From a virus (Duplodnaviria > Caudoviricetes): 64,000 bases of DNA. Below the pieces are notes generated by a model. That model ran no database searches and had not been told where the DNA came from. It was given only the letters and a program-made list of their open reading frames with translations. The DNA lies in the IMG/VR virus record IMGVR_UViG_3300015608_004971. One strand, written 5' to 3'. Numbering within the stretch: position 1 is the first letter of the stretch; every line of letters starts with the position of its first letter. The translations under genes were made by a program, and so were the position numbers. Below are positions 39,180 to 49,249 of this stretch, piece after piece.

Positions 39180-39411
39180 AGATAATTACAATAGGACTCT
39201 TTTTCATCACAGAGTTTTTTATGGTGACAGCAATAGCGATCATATATATCGTTATGACGGCCTTGCTAGAGTTATTTATTCTCTAAAACATAGACGGCCA
39301 ATTTATAATTATTCATTACTTAAACATCACTTTTTTATAGAACTTCATTTCTTTAAAAAAGAGCTTCATGAGCATAATGTATTAGAAGATGCTATTGCCG
39401 ATATAATTTAA
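39166..39411 (+). CDS. RxDG mini-gene family member
   Basis: MIVFK...RYDG...DII-stop; 14-nt overlap upstream. Confidence 0.8.
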   Translation: MIVFKDNYNRTLFHHRVFYGDSNSDHIYRYDGLARVIYSLKHRRPIYNYSLLKHHFFIELHFFKKELHEHNVLEDAIADII

Positions 39412-39437
39412 ATTTTTTCTTATAGGGCTCGTATATA

Positions 39438-39758
39438 ATGATTCAATATATTGATTCACTTTATAAAAATGAAGAACATAGAACGATTTATTCATCTTAT
39501 TATAAAAATAAAACAGTTCGCTATGATGGTCCCTCTAGAGCTTTCCTTAGAAAGGAAAAGGGTGTCGGTGTTACAATTCTTTCTTTTGAGTCAGAAGAAG
39601 ATAGAAAAAAATATTCAGAATTTTGGAAAAACAATTCTGGCATGAACAAGGCAAAGAATTGTCAATTGGGAAATCATTTGAGCACCATGCCAAAAACTAC
39701 TTTCAAAAAAGTATATGAAAATGGAATTGGCATGAACCACAAGGGCAAAGCAGAATAA
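39438..39758 (+). CDS. RxDG mini-gene family member with atypical C-terminus
   Basis: MIQY...RYDGP; lacks D-x-I end. Confidence 0.7.
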   Translation: MIQYIDSLYKNEEHRTIYSSYYKNKTVRYDGPSRAFLRKEKGVGVTILSFESEEDRKKYSEFWKNNSGMNKAKNCQLGNHLSTMPKTTFKKVYENGIGMNHKGKAE

Positions 39759-39769
39759 AGGAAAATAAC

Positions 39770-40348
39770 ATGTCAACGGAAAAAAAGAAAATTTGGCTAA
39801 CTAGCGATACTCACTATAGCCACAAGAATATTATTACATTTTGTAATAGGCCATATTTTGACATCCACCAGATGAATCAAGGTATGATTGATAATTGGAA
39901 TAAGCTCGTCTCCAAAGATGATCTTGTTTATCATCTTGGTGATTTTTCAATGCATGAAAGGAGCGTAAAACATTATCTAGACCAACTCAATGGAGTTAAA
40001 GTTCTTATACGCGGAAATCATGATGAAAATTCAATTCTCAATCAATTTGATTGTTATGCTCATAATATGATTATTGAGCATGATGGCCAATTTATTGAAT
40101 TGGTACACGATCCCGCCCACCTTTCAGGAAAAACTGAATATGCATTTTGTGGACACGTTCATGAAAAATGGCTTTTCATGAAGAAAGGTCAAGAAATGAT
40201 TGATTATCATCGTGGAAATATGGTTTCATTTGGTGGCGCAAAAACTAATATTTTGAACGTTGGCGTTGATGTTCATAATATGATGCCGATCGAGTTTTCG
40301 ACAGCATTTGATATGCTAAAACAAAAAATTACAGAAAGCAGCAATTAA
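39770..40348 (+). CDS. calcineurin-like metallophosphoesterase
   Basis: SDTH, LGD, GNHD, GHVH, NVGVD. Confidence 0.92.
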   Translation: MSTEKKKIWLTSDTHYSHKNIITFCNRPYFDIHQMNQGMIDNWNKLVSKDDLVYHLGDFSMHERSVKHYLDQLNGVKVLIRGNHDENSILNQFDCYAHNMIIEHDGQFIELVHDPAHLSGKTEYAFCGHVHEKWLFMKKGQEMIDYHRGNMVSFGGAKTNILNVGVDVHNMMPIEFSTAFDMLKQKITESSN

Positions 40349-40360
40349 AAGGAAAAAACG

Positions 40361-41302
40361 ATGTCAAATAAAACATTTGGTGTAATTGTCGGTCGATTTC
40401 AAACTCCATACCTTCACGAAGGCCATAGAGCTTTAATTGATTTTGCCTTTCAAAAATGTGATACTTTGATCGTTTTTGTTGGAAATACAATTATTAAGTG
40501 CTCTGAAAAAGATCCAATGGATTATGCGACACGTCGCCTGATGCTTTCTTCTTTTCTTCTTGAGAATTATGAAGAAAGAAAGTTTTTTGTATATCCATTT
40601 CAAGACACACCCGTATCTGATTCTATTTGGGTTTCTGAGTTGGATAAGACTATTTCAAATGCAACTCTTCATACTTCGTCAAAGAATGTAATTCTATTTG
40701 GTGGTCGAGATTCGTTTCTCGATACATACCATAGGAATAATGGTAGATATCAAAGCGAATATTTCTCTGGTATTGAGAATTGTTCCGCAACTCAAGTTAG
40801 ACAAGATGTATCAAAATATCCACTAGATTCAGAAGAATTTCGCAAGGGATATGTATATGGTGTCACAAATAAGTATCCAGCAGTTTTTTCAACTGTTGAT
40901 ATTTGCGTATATGATGCTGCATCCAAGAAGATTCTTTTGGGCGAAAAGAAGTCTTGCGATAAGCTCTTTATGCCGGGTGGTTTTGTTGATGTAGCTGATC
41001 CATCTTTTGCTAGCGCAGCGGCTAGAGAACTTAAAGAAGAAACAGATATTTCTGTTCATTATTTGCACTTGAAATATGTTGGCTCTTATAAGGTCGATGA
41101 TTATCGCTTTAGGGGAAGAAAAGATATGGGAATTATGACAAATTTATTCCTTTATGTATGCCCAATGACACCAAAAATATCGCCAAATGATGATTTGATT
41201 TCCCTAAAATGGATCGATGAAAATGATATTGAAAAGTTTGTAGATCCAATTCATATTCCTTTACTCCGCGAAGCCATGAAGAGTCTTATTTGTTCTTTTT
41301 AA
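40361..41302 (+). CDS. bifunctional NMN adenylyltransferase / Nudix hydrolase (NadM-Nudix)
   Basis: GRFQTPYLHEGH, SATQVR, PGGFVD....AARELKEET. Confidence 0.92.
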   Translation: MSNKTFGVIVGRFQTPYLHEGHRALIDFAFQKCDTLIVFVGNTIIKCSEKDPMDYATRRLMLSSFLLENYEERKFFVYPFQDTPVSDSIWVSELDKTISNATLHTSSKNVILFGGRDSFLDTYHRNNGRYQSEYFSGIENCSATQVRQDVSKYPLDSEEFRKGYVYGVTNKYPAVFSTVDICVYDAASKKILLGEKKSCDKLFMPGGFVDVADPSFASAAARELKEETDISVHYLHLKYVGSYKVDDYRFRGRKDMGIMTNLFLYVCPMTPKISPNDDLISLKWIDENDIEKFVDPIHIPLLREAMKSLICSF

Positions 41303-41343
41303 TAAAGAATAAAAAATATGTATAATAATTGTAGAGAACCCCG

Positions 41344-41913
41344 ATGAAATATAATAAAACACAAATTATTCGTTTTATTAAGGCTTTATGTTTTACACAT
41401 ATTTTTCGTGGCGAAAGGCCATTCTTTTTTTCTACAAAAAGCTTTCTTCCTTTAAAGAAGTTAAGTTGTGATGAGTTTTGTAAGGCTGGCACAATAAATA
41501 TTTTTTATTTACGCAATGTAAGAAATGATAATGACGATACTAAAATTTTATATTTTTCTTTATCTATTGCTGTTCTCGCAATAATTTTGTCACCATGGTT
41601 GCCAAAGATTGTTTTTGTTCTTTCTCTCTTTTTCTCTGTCTTTTCTCTAGGGCTTTTATATGGGAAGTTAGCTTTCGAACTTTTTCGACTAGCAAAAAAC
41701 TCAATGATTTACTATCCTTCAGACTTTGAGGCAGGAAAAATAACATATTTAAAACAAAAAGATAATTCTCTTGCAAAAGATGTCTTCAAAAGAAATAAAG
41801 AAGTGTTGTGTAGTACACCAATTATGATTATTGATTTTCACCCTCATCAGGTGAAGGCTCTTATATCTTTCTTGATGAAAATGATAAGACTACATATACT
41901 TTTCTTATTATAA
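41344..41913 (+). CDS. membrane protein
   Basis: Two hydrophobic segments. Confidence 0.55.
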   Translation: MKYNKTQIIRFIKALCFTHIFRGERPFFFSTKSFLPLKKLSCDEFCKAGTINIFYLRNVRNDNDDTKILYFSLSIAVLAIILSPWLPKIVFVLSLFFSVFSLGLLYGKLAFELFRLAKNSMIYYPSDFEAGKITYLKQKDNSLAKDVFKRNKEVLCSTPIMIIDFHPHQVKALISFLMKMIRLHILFLL

Positions 41914-41931
41914 CAGACTTTAATCCATAAA

Positions 41932-42150
41932 ATGATATATTATAGGCATATACTAAGATTTATTTTTTATTTTGTTGATAAGAATACTAGCTTGCCAAGA
42001 TATTACAGATATGATGGGCCATATGTCTTTCAAAAATTAACCAACAAAATTGAATTTATAACTGAAAATGGTTTTCGCGGAAATTCATTGCATATATTTA
42101 AAGAAAATCTTTCTAGAATAAAACTTGTATATGATATAGATATTATTTAA
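41932..42150 (+). CDS. RxDG mini-gene family member
   Basis: MIYY...RYDGP...DII-stop. Confidence 0.8.
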   Translation: MIYYRHILRFIFYFVDKNTSLPRYYRYDGPYVFQKLTNKIEFITENGFRGNSLHIFKENLSRIKLVYDIDII

Positions 42151-42153
42151 ATT

Positions 42154-42393
42154 ATGATTTATATAAATTTTACAAAATTAAAAACTTCTTATTCATCTCT
42201 TTATGAAGACGGCATTTTGAATCACCGACTTGATGGTGTAGCAAGAATTTATGTTAATTCAATAAAGTTTTTTTCTGGTAAAGGCTATTGTATAGATGGT
42301 AAACCTGGTGAAAATTATTTTTTTATGAAAATCTATTCTTGGGATCCTGAGAACAAAAACTCACGCTTGACACACACAGTAGACGTGCTATAA
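42154..42393 (+). CDS. RxDG mini-gene family member
   Basis: MIYI...LNHRLDGVARIY...DVL-stop. Confidence 0.75.
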   Translation: MIYINFTKLKTSYSSLYEDGILNHRLDGVARIYVNSIKFFSGKGYCIDGKPGENYFFMKIYSWDPENKNSRLTHTVDVL

Positions 42394-42394
42394 T
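42367..42394 (+). promoter_or_regulatory. sigma70 promoter for the CCA-adding enzyme gene
   Basis: TTGACA-16-TATAAT with the same cgtgc before the -10. Confidence 0.8.
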
Positions 42395-42437
42395 CCCACG
42401 CACTCGCAAGGCTCAGAGTCGCCAAAGCGCAAGACCA

Positions 42438-43541
42438 ATGAACATCACTACTATTAACATTCCTTCCTATATCAACAAGATTGTTGCAATCTTTCCAGAG
42501 GATTGTGAGTTAAATCTTGTTGGTGGATGCGTAAGAGATTCTTTTTTAGGTCTTGAGCCAAAAGATTATGATCTTGTAACAAATTTGCAACCGGATCAAA
42601 TTGAAAGTTTGCTAAAAGCCAATAATATTCCTTGCGATTCAATCGGAAAAGCATTTGGAATTATTTTTGCTACAATTGAAGGATATTGTGTAGAGATTGC
42701 AACATATCGTCAAGATATTGATGGCTATAGACAAACGAGAGTTGAATTTTCTGATCGAAAAGGCGATGCATCAAGAAGAGATTTTACAATTAATCAAATT
42801 TATTTCGATCTAAAAACGAAAGAATTTATTGATCAATTTGGCGGCGTCAAGGATCTTAACCATAAAATTCTTCGTTGTGTCGGCTCGGCCTCTAAACGCT
42901 TCAAGGAAGATCAGTTGCGTGTTTATCGGGCATATCGGTTTGCCAATAAATATGATCTTGCTTTTGATGCTGAACTGAAAGAGGCGATCGAAAATATCAA
43001 TTTTTCTTTTATTTCTAGAGAGAGAATTACAAATGAATTACAAAAAACTTTTGATAAAGCAGGAAAGATTCCTTTTGGCAATAGCGTAATGCAGCCAATT
43101 TTCGATTTTATTTATGATGAGAAAATTGCTTATAATTCTGGGCAAAATGAAGATCCATTCATTGATTTCATTCTGAATCTTAACGATGATGTTCCTGTAG
43201 AAAAAATGAAGGAATATCGCTTTGATCGTGATTTCGCTTTAATTTGTGAAACAATTAAAAATATTTGTCTAAATAATAAGACTTATATTGCAAAAATTAT
43301 AGCACAAAGAACAAAGAACATTTCCAAGAGAAATAGAAATCTCTTGGAAAGATTTGTGCAAAATAAGCAATTCGAAGAAACAAATCCAAAGGAGAAAAAG
43401 ATCATCGAAGATTTCCTCAGTTTCAATCCAAGGATTATGGATGGAACAAAACTTCAAGAATTTGGCTTGTTTGGGAAGCAAATTGGCGAAGCAATTCAAA
43501 GTGATATTATTTCAAAGTGGGAGGTTCATCATGGCAATTAA
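42438..43541 (+). CDS. cca: CCA tRNA nucleotidyltransferase
   Basis: VGGCVRD, DYD, EIATYR, RRDFTIN, RFKEDQLRVYRA, SRERI. Confidence 0.92.
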   Translation: MNITTINIPSYINKIVAIFPEDCELNLVGGCVRDSFLGLEPKDYDLVTNLQPDQIESLLKANNIPCDSIGKAFGIIFATIEGYCVEIATYRQDIDGYRQTRVEFSDRKGDASRRDFTINQIYFDLKTKEFIDQFGGVKDLNHKILRCVGSASKRFKEDQLRVYRAYRFANKYDLAFDAELKEAIENINFSFISRERITNELQKTFDKAGKIPFGNSVMQPIFDFIYDEKIAYNSGQNEDPFIDFILNLNDDVPVEKMKEYRFDRDFALICETIKNICLNNKTYIAKIIAQRTKNISKRNRNLLERFVQNKQFEETNPKEKKIIEDFLSFNPRIMDGTKLQEFGLFGKQIGEAIQSDIISKWEVHHGN

Positions 43542-43694
43542 AAAGCAAGCATTTATTACACCAAAATTACTTCAAAATCTAAATTTGTATTACAAACGTG
43601 TAATCAAATTTCATGGAAATCCAATCAGAACTATTCCTAAAATTGAAATTGAAGATTAAAAACATATAATATAAAGCTTAAAGGATATTATTTT

Positions 43695-43940
43695 ATGATT
43701 TGCTATCGAAATAATAAAACTATTGATTTATATTTTAATGAAATTGCAGCTTCTACACCAAATACTTCAAAATATACATCAAAGGAAAGACATGATGGCA
43801 TAATTTCAAGAATTAGAGGTGTAAAGAAACAAACAAATCTATATAATGCAGGCGCACTCTATTTTACAAACTATAATAGAGAAGATTATTTAGCTGTCAA
43901 ATTCTTGAATCGTAAGAAGAGACAAAATGATATTATTTAA
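43695..43940 (+). CDS. RxDG mini-gene family member
   Basis: MICY...RHDG...NDII-stop. Confidence 0.8.
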   Translation: MICYRNNKTIDLYFNEIAASTPNTSKYTSKERHDGIISRIRGVKKQTNLYNAGALYFTNYNREDYLAVKFLNRKKRQNDII

Positions 43941-44133
43941 AAACCACAGAAGTAAAAAAGCCACACAATTTCTTTGTGATTATGATAGACTTAAACCAGA
44001 TTTTTTACCAAAAAGAAAAGATGGATATTTATATCATAATCATGGTATATATAATCTAGGTATAAGTGCTTCGACACTGTTTCGAGTTTTTAATAAAACG
44101 GCATTTCAATCAAACAAAAGTGATATTATTTAA
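43927..44133 (+). CDS. RxDG mini-gene family member
   Basis: MILFK...RKDG...DII-stop; TGATATTATTTAAA at both ends. Confidence 0.8.
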   Translation: MILFKNHRSKKATQFLCDYDRLKPDFLPKRKDGYLYHNHGIYNLGISASTLFRVFNKTAFQSNKSDII

Positions 44134-44145
44134 AGGGTTATCGCA

Positions 44146-45567
44146 ATGAGTAACATTAAAAAATTTAATCTACTGACAACAACGGATAGTTATAAGTATT
44201 CTCACGTATCGCAATATCCAGAAGGCACCACAAAGATTTTTTCATATTTGGAAAGTCGCGGTGGCGAGTTTGACAAAACTGTCTTTTTTGGTTTGCAATA
44301 TTACCTTAAAGAGTTTCTGGAAGGAAAGGTTATTGAAACCTGGATGATTGATGAGATTGAAGAATTTGCTTCGATCCATTTTGGAAGCGAAAATGTCTTC
44401 AATAGAAGTGTATGGGATTATATTGTTGAAAAACATGACGGTCATCTTCCTTTGAAGATTCGTGCTGTACCGGAAGGTTCTGTTGTTCCAACAAAAAATG
44501 TACTTCTCACAATCGAGAATACAGATCCAAATTGTTTTTGGCTAACAAATTTTGTTGAAACTCTTTTGCTTAAGGTCTGGTATCCAATTACCACGGCAAC
44601 TCTATCTCGTGAGTGTAAAAAGTTGATCAACAAATATTTGCTGGAAACGGCAGATAATAATGATGGATTGCTTTTTAAGCTTCATGATTTTGGCTGTCGC
44701 GGTGCCTCTTCAAACGAAAGTGCTGCAATTGGCGGCGCAAGCCATTTGCTTAATTTTCTTGGAAGCGATACAGTTCCTGCAATCTTTATGCTTCGAGATT
44801 ATTATAATGCAGGAAAGTGCTGCGCATTTTCTATTCCTGCAACAGAACATTCGACAATCACTTCTTGGAAACGCTCAGGTGAATGCGAAGCATATAGAAA
44901 TCTTTTGAATAAATTTCCAGAAGGTCTTGTTGCATGTGTTTCGGATAGTTACAATATTTATGATGCATGTCAAAATATGTGGGGTAACGAGCTTAAAGAA
45001 ATTGTGATGAACAGAAATGGCACGCTTGTAATTAGACCAGATTCTGGCGATCCTATTTTTGCTCTGCCAAAGCTTTTGACCATTCTAGGTAATTCTTTCG
45101 GCTTTTCTCTAAATTCAAAAGGCTATAAGCTGCTAGATCCACACATTAGGGTTATTTGGGGCGATGGAATCAATCTTCGTTCTATTTCTCAAATTCTTGA
45201 GTCAATCAAAGAATCTGGCTGGTCAACAGATAATGTTGCATTTGGAATGGGCGGGGCACTCCTTCAACAAACAAATCGTGATACAAATAAATTTGCAATT
45301 AAATGCTCTTTTGCTGCCGTAAATGGTGAGTCTGTGGATGTATTTAAAGATCCAATTGATGATCACGGAAAGAAGAGTAAAACTGGTAGAATCTCTCTTT
45401 ATGAGGATTGCAACACAGGAAAGATTTTTTCGGCTCTTATGCCAAATGAAAACGACTCTATTCTTCTTTGTCGGGATCGCAAAGAGCTTCTCAAGACCGT
45501 CTTTTATAACGGAAAGATTCTTGAAAATCAAAATCTTGAAGAAATTCGAGAAAGAGCAAAGCTATAA
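44146..45567 (+). CDS. nadV: nicotinamide phosphoribosyltransferase
   Basis: TDSYKYSH, FFGLQY, VPEG, LHDFG.RG, PATEHS, VSDSY, IRPDSG, GDG, FGMGG. Confidence 0.96.
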   Translation: MSNIKKFNLLTTTDSYKYSHVSQYPEGTTKIFSYLESRGGEFDKTVFFGLQYYLKEFLEGKVIETWMIDEIEEFASIHFGSENVFNRSVWDYIVEKHDGHLPLKIRAVPEGSVVPTKNVLLTIENTDPNCFWLTNFVETLLLKVWYPITTATLSRECKKLINKYLLETADNNDGLLFKLHDFGCRGASSNESAAIGGASHLLNFLGSDTVPAIFMLRDYYNAGKCCAFSIPATEHSTITSWKRSGECEAYRNLLNKFPEGLVACVSDSYNIYDACQNMWGNELKEIVMNRNGTLVIRPDSGDPIFALPKLLTILGNSFGFSLNSKGYKLLDPHIRVIWGDGINLRSISQILESIKESGWSTDNVAFGMGGALLQQTNRDTNKFAIKCSFAAVNGESVDVFKDPIDDHGKKSKTGRISLYEDCNTGKIFSALMPNENDSILLCRDRKELLKTVFYNGKILENQNLEEIRERAKL

Positions 45568-45611
45568 AAATAATATTACAATAATAAAGCAACAACAAGG
45601 AATAGAAGAAG

Positions 45612-46136
45612 ATGAATGATTCAATTCTGAAGCTCGTCAACGAGCTTAAAGCTTCGGCAAATAACGGCCTTTCCATCGACATTTCGGAAAAGCCGGACGG
45701 ATCTGTTTCGGTTGTTTTTCGCCAGCCTTTGGCAGAAAACGATCTTGATCCGCCGACAGAAATCGATTGTTTTGGCAACAAATACTGGAAAAATAAAAAA
45801 GGAAAGTTTCATCGCGACGGCGATTTGCCTGCCGTTATTTATGTCGATGGAAACAAAGATTATTATAAAGAAGGAAAACTTCACCGCGACGGTGATAAGC
45901 CTGCCATTGAATTTGGCAATGGCAGCAAAGTATATTATAAGAACGGAAAGCTTCATCGTGACGGTGATTTGCCTGCCTTTGAACATGCTGATGGCGATAG
46001 AAAATTTTATAAAGATGGAAAACTTCATCGCGAGGGCAATAAGCCAGCAATTATCACAAAAGATAAGTATGAATATTGGATTGATGGAAAACACATTTTG
46101 ACCGTCAAGCATAATGATGGTGTTGTTGAGATTTAA
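45612..46136 (+). CDS. HRDGDLPA-repeat protein (4 repeats; no promoter block)
   Basis: Family N-domain and C-cap. Confidence 0.9.
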   Translation: MNDSILKLVNELKASANNGLSIDISEKPDGSVSVVFRQPLAENDLDPPTEIDCFGNKYWKNKKGKFHRDGDLPAVIYVDGNKDYYKEGKLHRDGDKPAIEFGNGSKVYYKNGKLHRDGDLPAFEHADGDRKFYKDGKLHREGNKPAIITKDKYEYWIDGKHILTVKHNDGVVEI

Positions 46137-46137
46137 A

Positions 46138-46890
46138 ATGATTGATCTTATTTCCGATACACATCTTGATTTTTTTAAAGATCGCGAGCAAGTAAATCAA
46201 TTATTGAATGGTCTAGTATCTAATTCTGATACGTTGGTTATTGCTGGCGATTTCTGCGAAATTAATCACGATTCATATTTTGAATATCTTCGCATTTTGT
46301 GCGATAAATATTTAAATGTGATTTATGTATTCGGAAATCACGAATGGTATGATATTACTTTTGACAATGGGGAAACTCATAAAAAAGTTAAAAAGCTTGC
46401 CAATAGAGATAATCTTTATTTGCTTCAAAATGAAGCAATAATTGCTCTTGTCAACGGAATTGAAACAGAATTTGTTTGCGCATCCGGGTTCTTTCCAGAT
46501 TCAAGAAAAGCCAGAGAAAACAAATTATTGCTTAACGATTTTCGTTATATTAATGATTATGAACCATTTGTTTCAAATCTCGAAACGAGAATATTTTTTG
46601 AAGATTACCTAAAAAGAAAAAAAACAACACGTAATCGTATTGTTGTGACACATCATTTACCTTCATATAAAAGTATTCCAAGGCAATTTCTTGCTGAGGA
46701 TAGAACAAATTGTTATTATAATTCCGGACTTTTTCAAAGAGATTATAATATTGATTATTGGCTTCACGGCCACACTCACGATCAATTTGATTATCTGGAA
46801 GATCTGGATGATGGGCAAAAATGTAGAGTTGTTTGTAATCCTACGGGATATCACTGCGCCCCAGTTATTAAAGCAATAGAATTGTCTTAA
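46138..46890 (+). CDS. metallophosphoesterase
   Basis: SDTH, AGD, GNHE, THHLP, HGHTH, NPTGY. Confidence 0.9.
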   Translation: MIDLISDTHLDFFKDREQVNQLLNGLVSNSDTLVIAGDFCEINHDSYFEYLRILCDKYLNVIYVFGNHEWYDITFDNGETHKKVKKLANRDNLYLLQNEAIIALVNGIETEFVCASGFFPDSRKARENKLLLNDFRYINDYEPFVSNLETRIFFEDYLKRKKTTRNRIVVTHHLPSYKSIPRQFLAEDRTNCYYNSGLFQRDYNIDYWLHGHTHDQFDYLEDLDDGQKCRVVCNPTGYHCAPVIKAIELS

Positions 46891-46956
46891 AAGGAATAAA
46901 GAAATGGAACAAGATATGATTGATCTATTGTTTTTTTGGAACAAGAAGGAGAAGAA

Positions 46957-47940
46957 ATGAAAATTACATGTTATGGTTCGAGAGGTTCAATTCCATCTCC
47001 ATCAAGAAAAGACTTTTCAACAACAGAATATGGCGGGAATACGACAAGTTATCATGTTGAGGCCGGGCCTTTTTCTATTATTTTGGATTTGGGCTCTGGC
47101 GTCACCAATCTTGGTGACAAATTGATGAAAGAAGGAAAAGGGTTTAATAAGGAACATATTGTTCTGCTTTCCCATTATCATTGGGATCATTTGCAGGGCG
47201 GTCCTTTCTTTGTTCCATTCTTTATTCAATCAAATAAGTTTCATTTTCATGGTTTCGCTCCGTCTGGGATGGAATCAGAAACGAGATTTGATAGAACAGT
47301 AGAGCATTTGCTTTCTGAGCAACAAGTATCTCCACATTTTCCTGTAGCGCATGGCGCTCTTCCTTCTAAAAAGAAGTATAAGAGTCATCAACGTCAATTT
47401 GCTGAATCCTTTTGGTATTATATTGACGAAAGCGGGAAGCTTGAGTTTCAGCACGAGTTTTTGCCAGAATTTGAAGATAAGGGTACTTTGCCTGCAAGTA
47501 CCAAGCATGATCCAAAGAATTGGATTAAAATTACAACAATTCCATTAAATCATCCTGATGGATGCCTTGGCTATAGAATTGAATATATGGGCAAAGTTGC
47601 CGTATATGCAACGGATTTTGAGCCACTTCGTTATCCGGCTGATGCTCTCATTAAAGCCTCTAAAGGCGCAAATTGGCTTCTTCTTGATGGCCAATATGAT
47701 GAGAAAAAGATTGGTGGAATGTGCCAAACATTTGGACACGGAACACCAAAGTCTTGCGTAGAGCAAGCCTGCGCATCAGATTTGGCACAAAATTGTTATG
47801 TTGTAATTCATCATCATGATCCAAAAAATGATGATGCAACCCTTTATGCGATGGAAGTTGAAGCTTTTGAATATGCAACTCAAAATAGTTTGATTGGCTC
47901 TTGCTATTTTGCGAGAGAAGGGAATGTTTGGGAATTTTAA
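46957..47940 (+). CDS. metallo-beta-lactamase-fold hydrolase (RNase Z/phosphodiesterase-like)
   Basis: GSRGS, YGGNT, DLGSG, SHYHWDH, LNHP, TDFE, HHDP. Confidence 0.9.
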   Translation: MKITCYGSRGSIPSPSRKDFSTTEYGGNTTSYHVEAGPFSIILDLGSGVTNLGDKLMKEGKGFNKEHIVLLSHYHWDHLQGGPFFVPFFIQSNKFHFHGFAPSGMESETRFDRTVEHLLSEQQVSPHFPVAHGALPSKKKYKSHQRQFAESFWYYIDESGKLEFQHEFLPEFEDKGTLPASTKHDPKNWIKITTIPLNHPDGCLGYRIEYMGKVAVYATDFEPLRYPADALIKASKGANWLLLDGQYDEKKIGGMCQTFGHGTPKSCVEQACASDLAQNCYVVIHHHDPKNDDATLYAMEVEAFEYATQNSLIGSCYFAREGNVWEF

Positions 47941-47968
47941 TCTTCTTCTATATGGTGAAACAATATCC

Positions 47969-48571
47969 ATGAAACATGATTATGTAAAACTCAATAGAAA
48001 AGATCTTATTCAACTTTTGGATGAAGTTGAATCGCTTCTTGAGCCAGCAAGAACTCAATTATTTGACGAAGTAAAAACTTCTCAAAGAGAGTTTGTAATC
48101 TATCAGCTCAAGAAAAAGCAAGAAGAACATAAAGCATCTTTTTGGGCGAGAACATTTCAAAAGAATCGCTATTTTGAATTTTCTGAAGATGATCTTATCT
48201 TTATTCAAAATGATTTTGAGAAAAAAGGCAAACAAGATCATTTGGCTTGGAAAGAAAACATTACACCCTCTTTTTATGATTTTCTTATGAGAGAGGATTT
48301 GGAAAAAATGAAAGATCGATATGGCGTTTTTCGTTTTTGCACGATTGGGCATTTAGTTTCGGATACATCAAGCTTTGATAAGATCTTCGATCGAATTAGA
48401 AATAATATCGAATATTATAGAAATAATATCATCTCATTGATGAGAGATGAATATTGTCTGTCAATTGACAATGAATTTTTTAAATTTAAAAATGAAAAGA
48501 GTTTTTATGTCAAAAAAACAACAATTTCTAAGGATATTGAGAATATTCTTCGAGATTATAAAATTGGCTAA
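47969..48571 (+). CDS. hypothetical protein
   Basis: About 200-aa ORF. Confidence 0.7.
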   Translation: MKHDYVKLNRKDLIQLLDEVESLLEPARTQLFDEVKTSQREFVIYQLKKKQEEHKASFWARTFQKNRYFEFSEDDLIFIQNDFEKKGKQDHLAWKENITPSFYDFLMREDLEKMKDRYGVFRFCTIGHLVSDTSSFDKIFDRIRNNIEYYRNNIISLMRDEYCLSIDNEFFKFKNEKSFYVKKTTISKDIENILRDYKIG

Positions 48572-48600
48572 ACTTAACTTTTAATAAAGAAGAATTTAAA

Positions 48601-49248
48601 ATGAACAACAATAAAAACATGAATTTGGATAGAATTAAATATCCAAGAACATATCATGTTCCTTGGTCGCCAAGTCCATCAAAAGATGATAAAGTTCTTA
48701 AGGGCATGTCATCATTTGAAAAACAACAAGTTATCGTCACCATGAAAATGGATGGCGAAAATACGACGTTATATCGCGATTATATTCATGCCAGATCCTT
48801 AGATTATGCATCACATGAATCGAGAACTTGGGTAAAAACTTTTTGGTCTCAAGTATGTGGAGATATACCAGAGAATTTTAGAATTTGTGGTGAAAATCTA
48901 TATGCAAAGCATTCGATCCATTATGATAATCTGCCAACATATTTTATGGGTTTTTCAATTTGGAATAAGTTAAATTGCTTAAACTGGGATGAAACGCTTG
49001 AATATTTTGAATTATTAGGAATACAGCATGTGCCTGTATTGTATGATGGAATTTTCGATATTGAAAAAATTAAAAATTTAAAAATTGATTTTGAAAAGGA
49101 TGAAGGATATGTTATAAGACTCAAACAAAGCTTTGAGTATAAAGATTTTAAAAAATCTGTAGCGAAATATGTTAGAAAAAACCATGTAACTTCTGATGTG
49201 CATTGGAAGTTCAAAAAGCTTGAAAAAAACACATTAAGGAGAATTTAA
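48601..49248 (+). CDS. RNA ligase family (KYPRT type)
   Basis: KYPRTYH, KMDGEN, CGENL, EGYVIR, KYVR. Confidence 0.88.
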   Translation: MNNNKNMNLDRIKYPRTYHVPWSPSPSKDDKVLKGMSSFEKQQVIVTMKMDGENTTLYRDYIHARSLDYASHESRTWVKTFWSQVCGDIPENFRICGENLYAKHSIHYDNLPTYFMGFSIWNKLNCLNWDETLEYFELLGIQHVPVLYDGIFDIEKIKNLKIDFEKDEGYVIRLKQSFEYKDFKKSVAKYVRKNHVTSDVHWKFKKLEKNTLRRI

Positions 49249-49249
49249 A

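Noticed and set aside
38292-39411. Classical integron with attC sites
   Set aside because: No intergenic space, no RYYYAAC/GTTRRRY palindromic attC sites and no integrase in the window
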